This document shows positions 57,731 through 64,000 of a DNA stretch of 64,000 bases, piece after piece; positions within the stretch are counted from its first letter, which is position 1, and each line of letters begins with the position of its first letter. A program made the translations under genes and the position numbers. The notes beneath the pieces are model-generated. The model was not told the origin of the DNA and did no database searches. It saw only the letters and a list, made by a program, of their open reading frames with translations. This DNA comes from an uncultured Saprospirales bacterium. Its GTDB lineage: Bacteria; Bacteroidota; Bacteroidia; Chitinophagales; JADIYW01. The stretch covers positions 10,202 to 74,201 of the forward strand of contig CALLKF010000164.1 in NCBI GenBank assembly GCA_938008535.1, written 5' to 3'.

Positions 57731-59002
57731 TTACGAAATCGTTTCAAACTTTGTGTACGGCACCAACGCTTTCGGAATTTTGATACCATTTTCAGTTTGA
57801 TGATTTTCCAGTAAACTGGCAACAATTCGTGGTAACGCCAACGCGCTGCCATTTAATGTATGCGCCAGTGCTTTTTTATTTTCAGCATCTTTAATACGTA
57901 ATTTTAAGCGGTTTGCCTGGAAAGTTTCAAAGTTAGAAACAGAACTTACTTCTAACCAACGCTCTTGCGCCGCAGAATATACTTCAAAATCATAGGTTAA
58001 CGCAGATGTAAAAGACATATCGCCACCACACAAACGCAAAATTCGGTAAGGCAATTCCAACGCTTGCAACAAACCTTCTACATGTTTTAACATTTCTTCT
58101 AAAGCAGTATAAGAATTTTCCGGCTTTTCGATGCGCACAATTTCCACTTTATCAAACTGGTGCAAACGATTCAAGCCACGCACATCTTTGCCGTAGCTAC
58201 CAGCTTCACGACGAAAACATGGTGTGTAGCCAGTATTTTTTATCGGCAAATTTCTTTCATCTAAAATTTCATCTCTGTAAATATTAGTAATAGGAACTTC
58301 TGCAGTTGGAATTAAATATAAATTGTCAGTTGCATCATGATACATTTGACCATCTTTATCAGGCAAATTTCCAGTTGCGAAAGCTGAATCTTCATTTACC
58401 ATATGTGGCACTTGCACTTCTACATAGCCAGCTTCAATTGCTTTATCTAAGAAGAAAGAAATTAACGCGCGTTGCAACGCAGCACCTTTGCCTTTATAAA
58501 CTGGAAAACCAGCACCTGTAATTTTATTGCCTAATTCAAAATCTATTAAATCGTATTTTTTTGCCAAATCCCAATGTGGAACAGCTTTTTCATGTAGTTT
58601 CGGAAATTCTGTTACTGAAAAAACAACTTCATTTTCTTCTGGTGAAATGCCTTTTGGAACAGATGAATGTGGGAAATTTGGAAGCGTTACTAATTTTTCA
58701 AAAATTTGAGATTCGAGATTTGAAATTTGAGATTCTAATTTATCAGCTTCTTCTTTAATCGTTGCAATATTATTTTTAGCAAATTCAGCTTCTTCTTTTT
58801 TGCCATCTTTCATTAGCATTCCAATTTCCTTTGAAATAGAATTTCTTTGTGCTAAAAAATCATCTAATTTTGATTTGATTGATTTACGTTCATCATCTAA
58901 TGCAATAATTTCATCTACAAACTGAATATCTTTAAAACGCTTGTGTGCTAAACGTTCTTTTGCAAATGCTGTGTCTTTTCTAAGCTGGTCAATAGTTAAC
59001 AT
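57731..59002 (-). CDS. serS: Seryl-tRNA synthetase
   Basis: I prefer the start MLTIDQLRKD (Met23 of the track ORF). N-terminal coiled-coil arm, class II motifs (TPCFRREAGS, FDKVE, GSALA..R). Confidence 0.93.
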   Translation of the reverse strand: MLTIDQLRKDTAFAKERLAHKRFKDIQFVDEIIALDDERKSIKSKLDDFLAQRNSISKEIGMLMKDGKKEEAEFAKNNIATIKEEADKLESQISNLESQIFEKLVTLPNFPHSSVPKGISPEENEVVFSVTEFPKLHEKAVPHWDLAKKYDLIDFELGNKITGAGFPVYKGKGAALQRALISFFLDKAIEAGYVEVQVPHMVNEDSAFATGNLPDKDGQMYHDATDNLYLIPTAEVPITNIYRDEILDERNLPIKNTGYTPCFRREAGSYGKDVRGLNRLHQFDKVEIVRIEKPENSYTALEEMLKHVEGLLQALELPYRILRLCGGDMSFTSALTYDFEVYSAAQERWLEVSSVSNFETFQANRLKLRIKDAENKKALAHTLNGSALALPRIVASLLENHQTENGIKIPKALVPYTKFETIS

Positions 59003-59233
59003 AAATAGTGAATTGTGCAACAAATATAGATAATTAGCAAAAAATGTAGCTAAATACAGCGTTAGCAATAGATTACTTTTTAAAAAAAATGTAAAAAACT
59101 ATTGGATTTCTGAAAATAATCGTTTATTTGCATTATCAACCAATATTTCCACGCGTTGTATTGTGTTTCAACAAACAAATTTTGTATCCATTCATTTAAT
59201 AGTTTCCAATTCTCAACTTAAATAGTTCGACGT

Positions 59234-60958
59234 ATGTACGATATTTCCATCTTAACTGATATGTTATTGCCTGAATTGAAAGAAGCAGCTGAAAAGTTGT
59301 TAATTCCAAAAGCAAAAATAGCAAAATCTAAGAAACCTGAATTAATAGATCTTATTTTAAAAATGCAAGAAATGAATGAAACTGATGTGGTAGAAACCAC
59401 AAACGAAACTATTGTAAATATTGCAGATAACGAGGCAATTATAACAAACGAAACAATAGCAAAAACAGAAATAGTAGCTGAAAACAATACAACTGCTGAA
59501 ATAAAAAAAGAGCGTATTCGTATTCCACGTAAAACTGTTGAAAAAGTGGTTCCAATCAAAAAAGAAAATCCATTTTCTGATAGAAATGCCATGAATGCTG
59601 AGTTTGCAAAAGAAAACATGCATGCAAAACCAACTCCAAAAGAGTTTGTAAAACCTAAAAAAGAAGACCAACCAACTTTTATTGCTGAAGAAAACAACAA
59701 CAACGATAATCATAATACCAGCAACCACAACCAAGAATATAACAATAACAACCAAGTAAATCAACAAAACCAACAAGAGTCTGAGAATAATAACTTTCCA
59801 GTACAAGAAGAAAGAGAAAAAAAACCAGAATTTAATGTTGATTTAGATGGTGTTATTTTAGGTGAAGGTGTTTTGGAAATTATTCCAGAAGGTTATGGGT
59901 TTTTACGTTCATCAGACTATAATTACCTATCATCACCAGATGATGTGTATGTTTCTCCGTCGCAAATTAAATTAATTGGACTAAAAACTGGTGATACAAT
60001 CGTTGGTGCAATTCGTCCACCAAAAGAAGGCGAAAAATATTTCGCTTTGTTGCGTGTAGAATCTATCAACGGAAAAACACCGCAAGAAATCAGAGACAGA
60101 ATTCCATTTGATTATTTAACACCTTTATTTCCACAGGAAAAATTAGATCTATTTCAAGATGCGACTAACTATTCAACGCGTGTTGTGGATTTATTTACGC
60201 CAATTGGAAAAGGTCAACGTGGTATGATTGTGGCGCAACCGAAAACTGGTAAAACCATGTTGTTAAAAGATATTGCTAATTCTATCGCAAAAAATCATCC
60301 TGAAGTATATTTAATTATTTTGCTGATTGATGAAAGACCAGAAGAAGTAACAGATATGCAACGCAGTGTAAATGCTGAAGTAGTAGCTTCTACGTTTGAT
60401 GAACCTGCAGACCGACACGTGAAAGTGGCAAGTATTGTATTGCAAAAAGCAAAACGTTTGGTAGAATGTGGCCACGATGTAGTAATTTTATTAGATTCAA
60501 TTACTCGTTTAGCGCGTGCATATAACACGGTTGCACCATCGTCAGGTAAAGTATTATCAGGTGGTGTGGAAGCAAACGCATTACACAAACCAAAACAATT
60601 TTTTGGCGCAGCGCGTAATATCGAAAATGGTGGTTCATTAACCATTATTGCAACTGCATTAACTGATACAGGTTCAAAAATGGACGAAGTAATTTTCGAA
60701 GAATTTAAAGGAACTGGAAATATGGAATTGCAGTTAGATAGAAAATTATCAAACAAACGTATTTTTCCGGCAATTGATGTGGTTTCGTCTTCAACCAGAC
60801 GCGATGATTTGTTGTTAGATAAAGAAACCTTACATAAAATGTGGGTTTTACGCAACCATTTAGCGGATATGAATGCTGAAGAATCGATGAAATTCTTATT
60901 GCAACAAATGAAAGGAACACGCAACAACGAAGAGTTTTTGTTGACGATGAATAGATAA
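59234..60958 (+). CDS. rho: Transcription termination factor Rho with a long low-complexity N-terminal insertion
   Basis: The C-terminal 380 aa are canonical Rho (GFLR, P-loop [28 protein letters not shown]). The N-terminal region contains [34 protein letters not shown]. Confidence 0.93.
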   Translation: MYDISILTDMLLPELKEAAEKLLIPKAKIAKSKKPELIDLILKMQEMNETDVVETTNETIVNIADNEAIITNETIAKTEIVAENNTTAEIKKERIRIPRKTVEKVVPIKKENPFSDRNAMNAEFAKENMHAKPTPKEFVKPKKEDQPTFIAEENNNNDNHNTSNHNQEYNNNNQVNQQNQQESENNNFPVQEEREKKPEFNVDLDGVILGEGVLEIIPEGYGFLRSSDYNYLSSPDDVYVSPSQIKLIGLKTGDTIVGAIRPPKEGEKYFALLRVESINGKTPQEIRDRIPFDYLTPLFPQEKLDLFQDATNYSTRVVDLFTPIGKGQRGMIVAQPKTGKTMLLKDIANSIAKNHPEVYLIILLIDERPEEVTDMQRSVNAEVVASTFDEPADRHVKVASIVLQKAKRLVECGHDVVILLDSITRLARAYNTVAPSSGKVLSGGVEANALHKPKQFFGAARNIENGGSLTIIATALTDTGSKMDEVIFEEFKGTGNMELQLDRKLSNKRIFPAIDVVSSSTRRDDLLLDKETLHKMWVLRNHLADMNAEESMKFLLQQMKGTRNNEEFLLTMNR

Positions 60959-61101
60959 TAATTGTAGAATTAGAGAATTTTAGACTTGTGAAATAGTTGA
61001 AAATCACTGATTTTTACTTTTCTTAAAGGTTAAATTATTGATTTTCTGCTAAAAAAAAGCATTTTCAAATTATTTCATTTTCAAATTAGCTAATTAAATA
61101 C

Positions 61102-61109
61102 TATCTTTG
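61102..61109 (+). promoter_or_regulatory. -7 promoter box TATCTTTG upstream of rpmH
   Basis: Exact TAnnTTTG match 65 nt upstream of the rpmH ATG. No clean -33 TTG seen. Confidence 0.45.
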
Positions 61110-61173
61110 CAGTCCGAATTTTAGGAATTCATTCTATAATTCAACCATTCATAATTCAAATAATTGAAATAAA

Positions 61174-61329
61174 ATGAAAAGAACGTTTCAGCCATCGGTA
61201 AGAAAAAGAAAGAACAAACACGGTTTCCGTGAACGTATGGCAACAAAAGGTGGTCGTGCAGTTTTGAACGCACGTAGAGCTAAAGGCAGAAAAAAATTAT
61301 CTATTTCTGACGAAAGAAGAGGCAAATAA
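61174..61329 (+). CDS. rpmH: 50S ribosomal protein L34
   Basis: Below the ORF-track cutoff. My translation is [51 protein letters not shown]. Confidence 0.93.
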   Translation: MKRTFQPSVRKRKNKHGFRERMATKGGRAVLNARRAKGRKKLSISDERRGK

Positions 61330-61349
61330 TCACTGAACAAGGTAGTCAT

Positions 61350-61727
61350 ATACGATTTACGTTCAGCAAAGATGAACGACTAAAAAGTAGAAAATTAATT
61401 GACGAACTTTTTAGCGACAAAACTTTTGTACAAAACTCAACTGTAAGAATTTACTATAAATCAATAGAATTGAATTGCGCCTTTCCGGCGCAATTTGCAT
61501 TTGCCATTTCCAAGAAAATATTTCCTTTAGCAAAAGACAGAAACCGCATCAAACGACTGATGCGCGAAAGTGTGCGTTTGCAAAAGCCAGTTTTTTATCA
61601 ATTATTACAAGAAAAAAACAAACAACTTATTTTGTTACTTAGTTATCATTCAAAAAAAATGAGTGATTTTAAAGAAATAGATGAAAGCGTAACAAAGTTT
61701 TTAAACAAAGTTTTAAATGAACTATAA
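61350..61727 (+). CDS. rnpA: Ribonuclease P protein component (start codon uncertain, non-canonical)
   Basis: The frame is open from 61311. It encodes ..[21 protein letters not shown]..., the conserved RnpA N-terminus, upstream of the first canonical start (TTG 61470). I placed the start at ATA 61350. The RNR-like motif [12 protein letters not shown] is present. Confidence 0.75.
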   Translation: MRFTFSKDERLKSRKLIDELFSDKTFVQNSTVRIYYKSIELNCAFPAQFAFAISKKIFPLAKDRNRIKRLMRESVRLQKPVFYQLLQEKNKQLILLLSYHSKKMSDFKEIDESVTKFLNKVLNEL

Positions 61728-61752
61728 TGACATTTACAATGTTAAAATTACA

Positions 61753-61986
61753 ATGAATTTACTCAAACAAATACTCATCTTTCCATTTATAGTTTTAATA
61801 AAAGCATATAAAGCAGTGCTTTCACCGCATTTGGGTGCCAATAAATGTCGTTACCAACCTTCGTGTTCTACTTATGCAATCGAAGCGTTACAAAAACATG
61901 GCTTGTTTAAAGGTGGATATTTAGCTGCAAAACGTATTTTATCATGTCATCCTTATGGTGGTTCTGGATATGATCCTGTTCCTTAA
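61753..61986 (+). CDS. yidD: Membrane protein insertion efficiency factor
   Basis: YKAVLSP....[12 protein letters not shown]....G is the YidD signature. I prefer the start MNLLKQ (Met13 of the track ORF). Confidence 0.85.
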   Translation: MNLLKQILIFPFIVLIKAYKAVLSPHLGANKCRYQPSCSTYAIEALQKHGLFKGGYLAAKRILSCHPYGGSGYDPVP

Positions 61987-62035
61987 TTATTTTTAACCAT
62001 TGTAGTAAACTAATTTTAGTAGTTTTATTGTTTAG

Positions 62036-64000
<1,965 letters not shown>

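Noticed and set aside
58690-58745. Heptamer-like DNA repeat ATTTGAG ATTCGAG ATTTGAA ATTTGAG inside serS
   Set aside because: It encodes LESQISNLESQIFE in the SerRS N-terminal coiled-coil arm. A 7-aa (21-nt) protein heptad explains the periodicity, and SerRS length and motifs are normal.
59003-59068. N-terminal extensions proposed by the ORF track (serS; also 36928-36963 marR, 23793-23846 DUF1003, 33286-33324 DUF3127, 31505-31528 dapD, 61717-61752 yidD)
   Set aside because: Internal Met codons give N-termini that match the conserved family starts and remove gene overlaps. Several of the extensions translate repeat or promoter sequence.
59218-59806. Two long minus-strand ORFs (161 aa and 149 aa) antisense to the 5' part of rho
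   Set aside because: They lie wholly inside the well-supported rho CDS, in its low-complexity region. Their products are Phe/Ile/Val/Cys-rich nonsense, as expected from reading A/T-biased repeats backwards.

Overview
This window looks like a chromosomal segment from a low-GC Bacteroidota genome, probably Flavobacteriia-like. The assignment rests on a T9SS type-B (gliding-motility C-terminal domain) PKD adhesin, many Bacteroidota-typical DUF proteins, no Shine-Dalgarno sequences, and a recurring TATCTTTG box that matches the -7 TAnnTTTG promoter consensus. All protein calls come from reading the translations and recognising motifs by eye; no database search was run.

There are about 75 tightly packed genes, nearly all housekeeping:
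- Nucleotide and DNA/RNA functions: carB, nrdB-nrdA, rnhB, dtd, miaA, cca, tsaC, serS, rho, and rpmH-rnpA-yidD.
- Tyrosine/phenylalanine catabolism: phhA, then hmgA / lipoprotein / hpd / marR / fahA, with a Glu/Leu/Phe/Val-type dehydrogenase next to them.
- Other metabolism and transport: dapD, fadH, a split YeeE/YedE transporter plus rhodanese, and two tandem PlsC-type acyltransferases.
- One ParE-type toxin-antitoxin pair and one tRNA-Lys(UUU).

I saw no rRNA, CRISPR array, transposase or integrase.

Observations most worth a second look:
1. A promoter-to-terminator RNA gene at 50374-50669. Its ends fold like a tRNA (acceptor stem, D loop with GG, anticodon-like arm, T arm), but about 86 nt sit where the variable loop should be.
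2. An abrupt switch to GC-rich sequence at about 63539. It fuses a truncated S41 peptidase in frame to an internal IMP dehydrogenase fragment, most likely an assembly or concatenation junction.
3. The same S41 gene has a 1-nt frameshift between its signal peptide and the mature domain.
4. rnpA has a conserved N-terminus but no canonical start codon.
5. A dihydroorotase homologue has lost its metal ligands.
6. A DUF3127 OB-fold protein ends in the SSB tip motif DDDLPF.
7. A 605-aa membrane protein combines a Gly-rich segment, two Tim44-like domains each followed by a zinc ribbon, and a TerB-like C-terminus.
8. Heptamer-phased ACTTAYN arrays occur in many intergenic spacers.
9. Two related palindromic repeat copies flank a 51-codon basic ORF.

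I found no convincing multi-gene novel defence or mobile system.
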